Virus record (IMG/VR): IMGVR_UViG_3300024339_000005
DNA length: 64,000 nt
Origin: a virus
Reading direction: 5' to 3' (one strand)
Shown here: in pieces, positions 18,255 through 29,498 of the stretch
How positions within the stretch are numbered: the stretch's first letter is position 1
How the letters are laid out: the number at the start of each line of letters is the position of its first letter
Notes under the pieces: model-generated
What the model saw: the letters and a program-made list of their open reading frames with translations, nothing else
Told to the model about the DNA's origin: nothing
Databases searched by the model: none
Program-made: the position numbers and the translations under genes

Positions 18255-18905
18255 TTAGAGTCTTGAAAGAAAATCCTGAAAAACAGCAAGTTTGCTTTCC
18301 TCAAGTTCTCTCCTAGACGCCTTTTGAATCACTTGTTGGTGACGGGCAATATCAACTTCTTTGATGATACCGTTTGCCCATACCCATTCTCTACCTTCCA
18401 TAATACCGTCAACGTAAGCATCGGGTGCTGAAGGGTCTGCCACAATGTCAGCCGGAGTAGCCAGATGAAAATCACCTTGTACTTCGTTGACGCCCTGGAC
18501 TTGTTTTAGTGAACCCATGCCACGGCTGGATACACCAAGATTGCCACCGTCTTTGATAAGACCCTTGACAATATCACCCATTGGGGTGCTTGAAATTTTT
18601 GCTTTACCAATGAAGTTATTACCTTCTTTGACAAGCGACGTAATGCGGTGTGACGCACGGTCGAGGTTGATGGTCGGTCCTGTAGGATGACCAAGTTCGC
18701 CCCATGCTCTACCCTTATCGACATTTTCAGTCACATAACGGGCAACTTCACGTTCCAGGATCGCGCTTGGATATTTACGACCATTACGGTTAGCGACTTC
18801 AGACTGCATAAACACTCCATTGATATATAGAGTTTTCTCACCAGTCGCTTCGTTCAATTCCTCAAACGGTTTAACGTCTTCAGACATTTCTGTAATTAGT
18901 TTCAT
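18255..18905 (-). CDS. gp21: prohead core protease
   Basis: MKLITE start, NRNGRKY, GELGHP, GVSSRGMGS, DIVADPSAPDA. Confidence 0.97.
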   Translation of the reverse strand: MKLITEMSEDVKPFEELNEATGEKTLYINGVFMQSEVANRNGRKYPSAILEREVARYVTENVDKGRAWGELGHPTGPTINLDRASHRITSLVKEGNNFIGKAKISSTPMGDIVKGLIKDGGNLGVSSRGMGSLKQVQGVNEVQGDFHLATPADIVADPSAPDAYVDGIMEGREWVWANGIIKEVDIARHQQVIQKASRRELEESKLAVFQDFLSRL

Positions 18906-18915
18906 TGTTTTTCCT

Positions 18916-19695
18916 TTATGCGGGACCGCTAGTTGGGAATTCTTCTGTTGCGATTGTGTAGTTGCCTGTATAACGAGCCACACCTTTTGTTATTCTCAAT
19001 TCATCCATCCAACCAGAAAGTGGGCCATCTGGACCTACTATTGAATCCCAGTTATCACCAATGCGTGTTGTGTGGTTACCGTTTGTGTAGTTATTACTAT
19101 CAGCAAACGAACCTACTTCAACACCATCTACAAACAGATATGATGTACCACCTGTTCTAGTCCAAGCAATAGCATACCATACACCAGTTGTTAAACCAGC
19201 GCCTGTTGAACCATATTCTGTACCGTTATAGAAGTGAATTTCATTTCTGTATGCTTCCGCAGCCGCCGGACCAAAAATATCAATTGCCCATGGTGCTGCG
19301 CTGTTAGTTGATCTAAAGTCTAGCAGGTTGATGCCTGCTGTACCAAAGGCATTCAGTTTAACTCTCATTTCAACAGTTAAATCACCAGTTCCAAATGTCA
19401 TTTCAGTTCCAGCATTTATAGAAACATAATGATCGTGAGTGCCTGGTAAGATAAGGGACGCTGTACCGAATACTTTTTCGGCTGTATCAAGTTCTGCGGT
19501 GCCAACGGCAGCTAATGTTTTTAAGCCTGTTTCATCAACAAACGTGGTTGAAGCGTCTGTACCATTGAATTTAGAATATAGTACAACATTATCCCAATAA
19601 GGATCAGTAGCAGGCGCACCTCCACCACCAGAGAACCTGGAAGCAGGATTCACGATAGCCATATTAGTAAGAGATATGCCAGCACCCAATTTCAT
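18916..19695 (-). CDS. putative head spike fibre with LamG/concanavalin-A-like domain
   Basis: N-terminal MKLGAGISLT, Gly linker, DPYWDNVVL, LamG signature WYAIAWTR...LFVDG...GWMDELRITKGVARY. Confidence 0.75.
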   Translation of the reverse strand: MKLGAGISLTNMAIVNPASRFSGGGGAPATDPYWDNVVLYSKFNGTDASTTFVDETGLKTLAAVGTAELDTAEKVFGTASLILPGTHDHYVSINAGTEMTFGTGDLTVEMRVKLNAFGTAGINLLDFRSTNSAAPWAIDIFGPAAAEAYRNEIHFYNGTEYGSTGAGLTTGVWYAIAWTRTGGTSYLFVDGVEVGSFADSNNYTNGNHTTRIGDNWDSIVGPDGPLSGWMDELRITKGVARYTGNYTIATEEFPTSGPA

Positions 19696-19698
19696 GGT

Positions 19699-19977
19699 TT
19701 AGTACATTCCGATTACGCTGTTGGCTGTTGAGTTAGTCCACACTTTACGGACGCGCAAAGGCAGAACAGTACCAGCTGGAATAGCGGTAAATGTAACGGT
19801 GTTTCCTGAAGCCATACCTGCAAGTTCAACAACAAGAGTACCAGTCTCACCAACATAAACCGAACGGGTCGTATGTGTGGTGTTTGCTGTGTTACTTGAT
19901 GTTATAGCATAGGAATGCGCCGCAGGACTATCTAGGTCCGTATAGAAATTATTGAATTTATCGGTTTGATTAGGCAT
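19699..19977 (-). CDS. head spike base protein, RcGTA Rcc01079-like family
   Basis: D.F....L.SPA...IT.S...TRSVYVGETGTL.V...VTF..IPAG.VLPLRVRKV...TA pattern, recognised by eye. Confidence 0.75.
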   Translation of the reverse strand: MPNQTDKFNNFYTDLDSPAAHSYAITSSNTANTTHTTRSVYVGETGTLVVELAGMASGNTVTFTAIPAGTVLPLRVRKVWTNSTANSVIGMY

Positions 19978-19980
19978 GAT

Positions 19981-21363
19981 TTACCCCACTGCTTTCAGAA
20001 TTGCGTCTTCGTTATGTCCATCTTTTTGTAGGGTTTTCATAATGGCTTCATCACTTTTACCCTTGCCCCTCAAGCGTTTGACTTCTCTTTGTGCAAATTC
20101 TAAGGACGATTTTTTGAGAACCTTCATCATTCCGGCGCTCTGCTTATCAGCGTTTTTTTTAGAAAGGGCTTCGTCAATAAAACTACCGAAAGATTCGAGA
20201 CCCTCTTTACGAGTTTCTTTGTTCTTGGCTTTCAATGCTTTCTTGGCTGCGTCTTCTGCATCATCTACAGATTTTTCAACACCGTCAGCCGCTTTATGAA
20301 CATCACGGATGCCTCTCTTGGCACCTTTAGCAGCCAGAACGGCTTTACCAGCGTCGGAAACTTCATCAAGTTCAACTTCTTCTTTAACACCAGAAGTGAT
20401 AATATCAAACGCTTTTTTAGAAGCGGCCTCTTGGCTCATACCTTTTTTAACAAATTCCTTTGTCATTTCAATATGGCGCTTGATGCTGTTTTCAATCGCT
20501 TTACTACCACCGGCTCTTGGGCGATTAGCTTTGATTTCATCAAGTTCAACTTCCTCTTTGATGCTTGCAACAGCCTTCCAAAACTTAGGGTTACCTGTCA
20601 GTTTAGAAATGACTTGTACCACACGCTTTTTGATTTGGTCTGCGTTATCAGGCGCAAAGGAACCGAACATGAAATCGTCTTCAAATGGTCTGGAACCACG
20701 ACTAAAGATATGGATGATCGAATTCCAGTAATTTGTTTCTTCTTTGTCTTTGATATGCTTCTTGGCAAACGCCTTCATTTGTTTACCGATTTCCATATAA
20801 GCCTTGGCTTGGTCAGATTTGTTGAGCATCTTACCTTGAGCAGCGGCGAAATAAGGAATCGCTTTTAGTTGTAGTGCGCCTTCAGCCAATTCAGTTTCTT
20901 CGTTTTCAATCAGATTATAATAGTCGATACCTTTAGCAGCCTTCGCGTCATAACCACTAATGAACTTTTTGACCTTTGCGGGATCATCTTTGATAGTAAC
21001 ACCATCTGGTCCTTTGGACCGACCCATGCGATAGGTAAATTTAGCATTTAGACCTTTGGCTTTTGCTGCCTTCAACATTTCTTCTGGGTCAAAATCAAAG
21101 TTTTCTTGATCTGCATTGAATTCATATTTCTTAGCTTCACCCAATTCAGTTTCTTCAGCATGAACAGAAGACCGAGCGCCTGTTGCTTTGCCTTTGAAAA
21201 CCTCGTCACCCGCAGTTGGGTGCTTAGTCATATCAGCCAGCTTCTTGCCCTTTTTGAGCGAATTAGCGGCTTTGACTTCTGGATTTTCAGGCTCCATTTC
21301 CTGTGGGTTTGCCTCGGGTACCTCTTGAAGGTCTCGGCGCATTTGTCTAAATGATTTACTCAT
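19981..21363 (-). CDS. modular prohead core/internal protein at the gp68 position
   Basis: Charged protein between gp67 and gp21; four EE(T/V)EL(G/A/D)E linkers. Confidence 0.7.
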   Translation of the reverse strand: MSKSFRQMRRDLQEVPEANPQEMEPENPEVKAANSLKKGKKLADMTKHPTAGDEVFKGKATGARSSVHAEETELGEAKKYEFNADQENFDFDPEEMLKAAKAKGLNAKFTYRMGRSKGPDGVTIKDDPAKVKKFISGYDAKAAKGIDYYNLIENEETELAEGALQLKAIPYFAAAQGKMLNKSDQAKAYMEIGKQMKAFAKKHIKDKEETNYWNSIIHIFSRGSRPFEDDFMFGSFAPDNADQIKKRVVQVISKLTGNPKFWKAVASIKEEVELDEIKANRPRAGGSKAIENSIKRHIEMTKEFVKKGMSQEAASKKAFDIITSGVKEEVELDEVSDAGKAVLAAKGAKRGIRDVHKAADGVEKSVDDAEDAAKKALKAKNKETRKEGLESFGSFIDEALSKKNADKQSAGMMKVLKKSSLEFAQREVKRLRGKGKSDEAIMKTLQKDGHNEDAILKAVG

Positions 21364-21535
21364 CAGGTTCCTCGTCTGTTTGGGATTGAAGCCACGTCGC
21401 GGCTATAGAAGCCCGCTTGACGTTCAGAGCGTCTGCAACTTTATCGCCCATTACTGCGGTCACGGCTTCTTTTACTTTGCCTGCTTCACCCGCTAGTGAA
21501 TGCCTTACGATATCTGTTGTTGTGTATTCGGTCAT
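21356..21535 (-). CDS. gp67: prohead core protein
   Basis: Small helical protein after the portal with late promoter and AGGAGA; KVADALNVKRASIA pattern. Confidence 0.7.
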   Translation of the reverse strand: MTEYTTTDIVRHSLAGEAGKVKEAVTAVMGDKVADALNVKRASIAATWLQSQTDEEPDE

Positions 21536-21553
21536 TATTTGTTCTCCTATCAC

Positions 21554-21561
21554 TATTTATA
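21554..21561 (-). promoter_or_regulatory. T4-type late promoter (gp67)
   Basis: TATAAATA. Confidence 0.8.
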
Positions 21562-21588
21562 ATAATTGTGCGCTCTATACTGTGCTAT

Positions 21589-22040
21589 TTAGTTGTAGTA
21601 AAGCGATTGAATTTTGGTCAGTAGTTTGCCAACACGTTCCCCGAAGGTTCCGGCTGTCGTGTGATCTGCGACTGCTTCATCCCATACAGCGTCGGCAATT
21701 GCTCTTGTATCAACAGAAGCCTTGCGCCAGTTTCGACAAAGGTATTTGTGCCGTTGTCTGTCAACCTTGTGGTAACATCAGGTCCAACAAGACACGACAA
21801 ATAAACTTTTGTGTGTTCGACGTTTGTTCCGATATTGATACCCGTTGTTGCGTTCATAATTATAATTCTTTGTAAGTCAGTTTCACCACCGGTACCCAAT
21901 GAGGTTGCTGTTGTTTTGAAACCGTTTACAACGCCTTCAATAGAAATGTCTAATGCTCTCAAACCTAAGCAATCATCAATATTTATACCGTCACCAGAAC
22001 ACGTATTAATCCATATTCTATCTAGGAAAGTTGTGGCGGC
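21589..22040 (-). pseudogene. 5'-truncated, frameshifted beta-helix virion protein remnant
   Basis: Open frame begins right after the portal TGA (AATTFLDRIWINTCSGDGINIDD...); a second frame carries AIADAVWDEAVADHTTAGTFG. Confidence 0.6.
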
Positions 22041-23657
22041 TCACTTCTTTGGCTCTGGCTCCGGTGCGCCAGGTAACTGACGGTCTTCCTCGTCTGGAAG
22101 TTGCTCTATAGGTTCTTCGCGTGTAGCCGCGTCTGGTCGTCCAGAGAAAGCACCGAAGTTTGTGTCACCAGTTTCTTCTGGATCTACTCCTTCCGCTTCA
22201 TCCTCTTTCATAGCCTTAGCCAATTCTTCGATTTCTTCATCAGTCTGGCGAAGAATATTCTTTTTGACCCACTCAAGAGAATAGTAACGACCAACATAGG
22301 CGTCAACATCATTCAAGATGGTCATGCGTTCGCGCAAGATTTCCTGGTTCTTTGATTCAGCAAAGTGGTTATCTTCACGGAAGTCATAAAAGATATCCTC
22401 TTTGATGATATTCCATGTTGCTTTGTCTGTGATACCCTTGAGAATTAGTTGGGTTTCAAGAAAATCGTCAAACATTTCGGCAAACTGCATACGCAATCTG
22501 TTGATAAACTTTGAGAATTTCAATTCGTCACGGGTAATTTCACTTGCACGACCAAGATTAAATGCGCCGTCTGCTTCCATACGAGAGATAGGTACGTTCA
22601 AGGCCTTGTAAAATTTGTTTTTGAAGAATTCAACATCCTCAATTTGACCCAAGTTCTCACCACCGGGTAGTGTAGAAATCTCTGTTCCTTTGCCACCTTC
22701 ACGACGAGGCAACCAGAAATCTTCCATCATAGTCTGGAATTTACGGTCGTCTTTGATTTCACCAGTCGAGGCGTCATAGACCAGTTTGTTCTTATGCTTG
22801 ACCATCATATCTTTGAGATATTGTTCCGCCTTCATCTTCGGCAGGTTACCAACGTCAATGTAGAAAATGCGACGTTCGGGTGCGCGAGAGATACGGTAAA
22901 TGACCAATGAGTCTTCCATCCAACGCATCTGGTTCCAAATCTTTAGAGCCTTATTCAAATGCGAAAGGATGATGGTGTTTCGTTCGTTGATAATACCGGA
23001 GTGAACATAGGTAATCGAATCTTTAGCGATACGAATACCCTCGTTCATGTTACTGGCGATGCCACGTTCGTTGTATAGGTAGAATTCTTTATATGACGGT
23101 GCAATAGAAACAACAGGTCTGTTAGTGTCCTTCGGTGCAATCTGCTTACGAACCTTCTTGATTTTACGAGGGTCGATATAGCGCAATTCCAGAATGCCCT
23201 GCCTTGGCTTCTTTACGTCAATCATCTTGTGGTAATACAAACGACCGTCTACGTACCAGCGTTTGAAAATATCATAAGCCTTGTTGTTGAAATCCATCAA
23301 CTTGAGAATCTGTTCAAATTCTTCGGTGATTTTCTTTTTGATAGCCTCTGGCTGTTCCAGTTTGTCTAACTTGATTTCAACAGGAGACTTGTAGTTCTCC
23401 ATTATGATCGCTTCGTTTACGATATCATCAATGGCTCTTTCACCCTCAGGTGATAAAGCAAGTTCTCTGTATTTTGTGATAAGTTGCGCTTCGTTTTTTG
23501 AAGTCGCGTCCATATCCAAATATGTACCGAAGACGCCATTTTCCGCAACCGTCATAGCCGCGTCGTGGTTAGCCGGAGCGGTGAACGATTGAATGTTCTC
23601 TCGCTTTTTGTCTTCTTTTTCTACACGGCCAATTTGATAGCCGAACAACTGAATCAT
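22041..23657 (-). CDS. gp20: portal vertex protein
   Basis: WYVDGRLYYH, LRYIDPRKI, IYRISRAPERRIFYIDVGNLPK, EDFWLPRREGGKGTE. Confidence 0.99.
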   Translation of the reverse strand: MIQLFGYQIGRVEKEDKKRENIQSFTAPANHDAAMTVAENGVFGTYLDMDATSKNEAQLITKYRELALSPEGERAIDDIVNEAIIMENYKSPVEIKLDKLEQPEAIKKKITEEFEQILKLMDFNNKAYDIFKRWYVDGRLYYHKMIDVKKPRQGILELRYIDPRKIKKVRKQIAPKDTNRPVVSIAPSYKEFYLYNERGIASNMNEGIRIAKDSITYVHSGIINERNTIILSHLNKALKIWNQMRWMEDSLVIYRISRAPERRIFYIDVGNLPKMKAEQYLKDMMVKHKNKLVYDASTGEIKDDRKFQTMMEDFWLPRREGGKGTEISTLPGGENLGQIEDVEFFKNKFYKALNVPISRMEADGAFNLGRASEITRDELKFSKFINRLRMQFAEMFDDFLETQLILKGITDKATWNIIKEDIFYDFREDNHFAESKNQEILRERMTILNDVDAYVGRYYSLEWVKKNILRQTDEEIEELAKAMKEDEAEGVDPEETGDTNFGAFSGRPDAATREEPIEQLPDEEDRQLPGAPEPEPKK

Positions 23658-23679
23658 GGCAACATCTTTCCTATTTCAT

Positions 23680-23916
23680 CTACTGACTATTTAGTAGTTT
23701 TCTCTGGGCGTGCCATGCTTTCATAGATTCACTCCGTTTCCGCCGGGTTTCTTCTGAATGAATATAGCCTTTGAACATAGATCCGTTTTTTCTAGCCAGG
23801 TCTCTATGAAAATCGGTAGATTTTGATATACTCAAATTTTTACGGTGTTCACTAGAATATTTTCTACCCCTCATAAGCAATAGTGCGGGTGGGTGTTCAA
23901 GCACCGCGACCCGCAT
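23680..23916 (-). pseudogene. homing endonuclease remnant (NUMOD3 repeats only)
   Basis: GRKYSSEHRKNLS and GYIHSEETRRKRSESMK with no catalytic domain. Confidence 0.65.
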
Positions 23917-23926
23917 TTTATTTTAG

Positions 23927-24478
23927 TTAGGAAGTGCCGCCGTTACCGGTGATACCAGATTGAATTTCCCAATAATCATATGCCCATGTTACTTCAAATT
24001 CCTCAATTTGGTCATTAGAATCCCAAGCAAGTTCAATTGCAGCAACGGTTGTTGGCCAAAGACCGACAAAGTTATAGGTACGAATTGGAATACCAGTCTT
24101 AGAAAACTGAGTAATTTGTGCGTCAGATTTATATTGCGAGGGCGATGCAGAACCAAGGTTAGCCACGTTACCAACTGGTGTGTTGATAGCATGTGACCAT
24201 TCTTCAATGGCATTACGAATACCAAAGTCTTCATCATTGAGAACTGAAGTAGTCCAATCCTCATATGTTCTATCGCCTGCAATCTTGACCTTACGACCAA
24301 AATACGGTAGTTCGATCATTCCAAGTGTAGCCGCAGGAATTGAACTTCCCTTGACCATAAATGGTACTTGAATATCCGCAGAGCCATTGATTGGGTTGGT
24401 GATTTGTACGCTAAACAGCGTAGGTCTAGCACCACCAAGTGCCATGTTGCCAGCGAAAAGATTTACATTAAATGCCAC
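23927..24478 (-). CDS. gp19: tail tube protein
   Basis: GGARPTLF, YFGRKVKIAGDRTYEDW, IEEFEVTWAYDYW. Confidence 0.97.
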   Translation of the reverse strand: MAFNVNLFAGNMALGGARPTLFSVQITNPINGSADIQVPFMVKGSSIPAATLGMIELPYFGRKVKIAGDRTYEDWTTSVLNDEDFGIRNAIEEWSHAINTPVGNVANLGSASPSQYKSDAQITQFSKTGIPIRTYNFVGLWPTTVAAIELAWDSNDQIEEFEVTWAYDYWEIQSGITGNGGTS

Positions 24479-24526
24479 GTTGTTTCTCCAATAGGAAATT
24501 AATTCTTCTTCGCTTGTATTTAGTGT

Positions 24527-24534
24527 TATAAATA
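24527..24534 (+). promoter_or_regulatory. T4-type late promoter for the antisense endonuclease
   Basis: TATAAATA upstream of AAGGA and the ATG at 24573. Confidence 0.8.
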
Positions 24535-24572
24535 CTAGAATTACCCAACTACTTCGACAAAGGATGTAAATA

Positions 24573-25334
24573 ATGAAATATACCTACTTGATAGGCTGGA
24601 AAGAAAAGAATGTCTGGTACTATGGTGTACGCTATGCCCGTGGCTGCAAACCAGAAGACTTGTTCACCAGCTATTTCACCTCATCAAAATATGTCCATGA
24701 ATGTATGAGATCCTGGGGTCTGCCCGACGTTATTCAGGTACGAAAGACATTTGAGAAACGTCATAATGCCCTCGTATGGGAGCAGAAAGTCCTGCGCCGG
24801 ATGCAGGTGTTGAACGAAACGAAATGGCTCAACAAAAACATTTCGGGCGGAATTGCCTTTGATGATGTAATCCGCAAGAAAATGTCTCTGCGAAAACTGG
24901 GGCGTATCTGGGTGTATAATGAAGACGGTAAAATTATGATAGACAAAGACCTTGAATCATATTACCTGAGTCAGGGATATAAGAAGGGCCATGGTCAAAG
25001 CCAGAAGGGTGAGAAAAACAATATGTACGGCAAAAAGCATAGCGCCGAGTCGAAGGCTAAAATAGGCAAGACTAATAGCCGTTCGACATTGACAGAAGAA
25101 GGCCGGAAAGTGAAAGCGGAATTCACTCGCAACAATAATCCAATGGATAATCCTGATATTAGAGCGAAGCATAGGGAAGCCACGAAAGCCTCTGGCACCA
25201 GTTCTCGTAAAGTCACCGATGGCTATAAAGAATACTCATCAATTCGTAGTGCCAATGAAGACTACCCAGAGGTGAAATATCAAACCTTGTATTCTTGGGT
25301 TGTAGGACAAAAAAATGGGTGGAACTATTGCTAG
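24573..25334 (+). CDS. Seg-like GIY-YIG homing endonuclease with NUMOD3, antisense between gp18 and gp19
   Basis: YTYLIGW...YYGVRY...YFTSSK, WLNKN, NNMYGKKHSAESKAKI. Confidence 0.85.
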   Translation: MKYTYLIGWKEKNVWYYGVRYARGCKPEDLFTSYFTSSKYVHECMRSWGLPDVIQVRKTFEKRHNALVWEQKVLRRMQVLNETKWLNKNISGGIAFDDVIRKKMSLRKLGRIWVYNEDGKIMIDKDLESYYLSQGYKKGHGQSQKGEKNNMYGKKHSAESKAKIGKTNSRSTLTEEGRKVKAEFTRNNNPMDNPDIRAKHREATKASGTSSRKVTDGYKEYSSIRSANEDYPEVKYQTLYSWVVGQKNGWNYC

Positions 25335-25365
25335 CCCCACCCGATTTTCTAATTGAGAACTAATC

Positions 25366-27267
25366 TCAAAATTTTCCAACTACCTCACTGAATTCTACCC
25401 CTGTACGAACAGCGACAAAATTCAACTGAATAAAGTTGATACTGCGGGCAGGTTTCACGTATATGTCACCCACGAATTCGTTGCGGTCAATGACTTCACC
25501 AGTATTATTGGTTTCATCAGCTACCACACGATAATCGTAAATACCACGACGACCTTGAATGTCACGCAAGAAAGGCTCTACCATGTTGCGGAACTGGCTA
25601 CGTGTGAATTCGTCATTGAATTCAAAGAGCATGAACTTAGCAGCGGTAGAAATAGCTTTTTCTAGCACGATAAACAAGCGACGGACGTTAATGCGGTCAA
25701 ATGCACTAGGCGCCGAAAGCATTGTCTTATCACCGAACAGTAGTGTACCTTGACCAGGCTGTGATATAATTGGGTTAATACCAGCCATATACAGAATGTC
25801 ACGGTCAGCTTGGCTTGGGTTGTAAGGAAGTTTGATAACGTCCTTAATTCCGCCACGATTGTAACCAGCTGGTGACCACCAAGGATCGCGAACTGTGTCT
25901 GTACGAACACAAAGACCAGCCACATCACCATTCATAGGAATGTTGCGATATAGGTCATTGTATTTGTCGTACATGTATTTCCAACCACTGTCCATTGTCG
26001 CGTAAGATGAAGAAGGCAGAAGGTTACGAGTTGCAACAATAGAAGTTGCTTCGCTACCTTCGTTATTTACAACGTCAGACGAGAATGGTGATAGGCAAAC
26101 AATACAATCTTTGCGTAGTTCACCAATGTTGTTTACAAGGTGAAGTGCAAGAGTTTGACTGGCGTCTGCACCAAGAACAAGTGAGATATCAACATCAGCG
26201 GCGTCTTTGAACTTGTCATAGCCACGGATTTTGTCTGCTTCAGTAGGAGCCGAACCACGTGTTCCACCGGAAAGTGAAACTGTTTCTGGTGAAGTATTAC
26301 CAACGAAGGTAACACCAGCAACAGCAGAACCAGCGTTGGTCATGTTGGCACTATGGTCCATCCAGCGAATCCAAGATGATTTCTGGTTGATGGCTTCTTT
26401 GTAGTAGTTGGTTGCACCGTCGATTGTTTTTGCGTCTGAACCAAGGGAAACTTTCTCATAAACTTCCAGAACGGTTCCGGCCGTTTGTGAGATTTCACCG
26501 TCTTCATCAACAACGACAACATGAACTTCATCGCCAACACCAGAAAGTGTTGTTGCGAATGTAGAAGTACCAGGAGCCGTATCGACTTTTTGGTAATATT
26601 CCCAGTTACGAATGATAGAAGCATTGGCAACAGCGCCGTCTTCGTGGGCTGTTGAAAGTGTAACCGAAGTCGAGTTGGCAATAGCGGAAACTTTTACTTC
26701 GGCGCCATTGACTGTTACAAGGTCACCAACAACCAATTCAGTATCGAATGCTGTGTTGTTAGCGGCGCTGGTCATTGTAGTCGAGTTGGCTGTAATATCA
26801 ACAGTACCAGTCAATGTTGACTGATAAGCACCAGAGGAACCACAGATAGAAACTTTCAGGTTGTTACCTAGTGTGCCAGGATATTTTGCAATCCAATCAC
26901 CCACGGCACCAGAGCCGTCTGCGTAATTGTTATCATAATGGTCGTCGTTCTTGACGATAAGACCAGTGCCATCGCCAGTAGCATTATTTGCTTCTGAACC
27001 AGCAGTTTCGTTGGCAACACGAACCGTTTGCAGTTTGTTACCATATTTTAGAAAGTTTGCAGCGGTGAACCAGACATTGGCTACGTTGTTGTCTGGCTTC
27101 CAGAACCGTAGTACCAGTTCGTCCTCTGATTCAATAAGCATACGCTCATTCAAAGGACCCCAGCGGAATTCACCTGCAATAGCGCCATCAGTGGTACTTA
27201 CAGCCGGAATAACCGCGGTAAGATCGATTTCACTGACATTGACGCCTGGACTAACTTGAAACCCCAT
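25366..27267 (-). CDS. gp18: tail sheath protein
   Basis: QVSPGVNVSEIDLT, WWSPAGYNRG, AFDRINVRRLF, IYVKPARSINFIQLNFVA. Confidence 0.98.
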   Translation of the reverse strand: MGFQVSPGVNVSEIDLTAVIPAVSTTDGAIAGEFRWGPLNERMLIESEDELVLRFWKPDNNVANVWFTAANFLKYGNKLQTVRVANETAGSEANNATGDGTGLIVKNDDHYDNNYADGSGAVGDWIAKYPGTLGNNLKVSICGSSGAYQSTLTGTVDITANSTTMTSAANNTAFDTELVVGDLVTVNGAEVKVSAIANSTSVTLSTAHEDGAVANASIIRNWEYYQKVDTAPGTSTFATTLSGVGDEVHVVVVDEDGEISQTAGTVLEVYEKVSLGSDAKTIDGATNYYKEAINQKSSWIRWMDHSANMTNAGSAVAGVTFVGNTSPETVSLSGGTRGSAPTEADKIRGYDKFKDAADVDISLVLGADASQTLALHLVNNIGELRKDCIVCLSPFSSDVVNNEGSEATSIVATRNLLPSSSYATMDSGWKYMYDKYNDLYRNIPMNGDVAGLCVRTDTVRDPWWSPAGYNRGGIKDVIKLPYNPSQADRDILYMAGINPIISQPGQGTLLFGDKTMLSAPSAFDRINVRRLFIVLEKAISTAAKFMLFEFNDEFTRSQFRNMVEPFLRDIQGRRGIYDYRVVADETNNTGEVIDRNEFVGDIYVKPARSINFIQLNFVAVRTGVEFSEVVGKF

Positions 27268-27306
27268 CGTGTTTCTCCTTTATCATTTGTGATAGATATT
27301 CGCTAG

Positions 27307-27314
27307 TATTTATA
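27307..27314 (-). promoter_or_regulatory. T4-type late promoter (gp18)
   Basis: TATAAATA. Confidence 0.85.
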
Positions 27315-27335
27315 AAAAGAGCGGATTATGAAGAC

Positions 27336-29497
<2,162 letters not shown>

Positions 29498-29498
29498 G

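Noticed and set aside
18906-18983. N-terminal extension of gp21 given in the ORF track
   Set aside because: It overlaps the LamG gene; the conserved MKLITE start with AAGGA Shine-Dalgarno is at 18905
17559-21354. Long + strand ORFs such as 17741..18316 and 20296..20868, and similar ones elsewhere (3174..3824, 49834..50328)
   Set aside because: They lie antisense to well-supported genes, are Ser/Phe/Val-rich mirror translations and show no motifs
25311-25349. Possible bidirectional terminator GGGTGG...CCACCC at the convergent gp18/endonuclease ends
   Set aside because: Long loop and short stem, and it would cut transcription towards gp19; too weak to call
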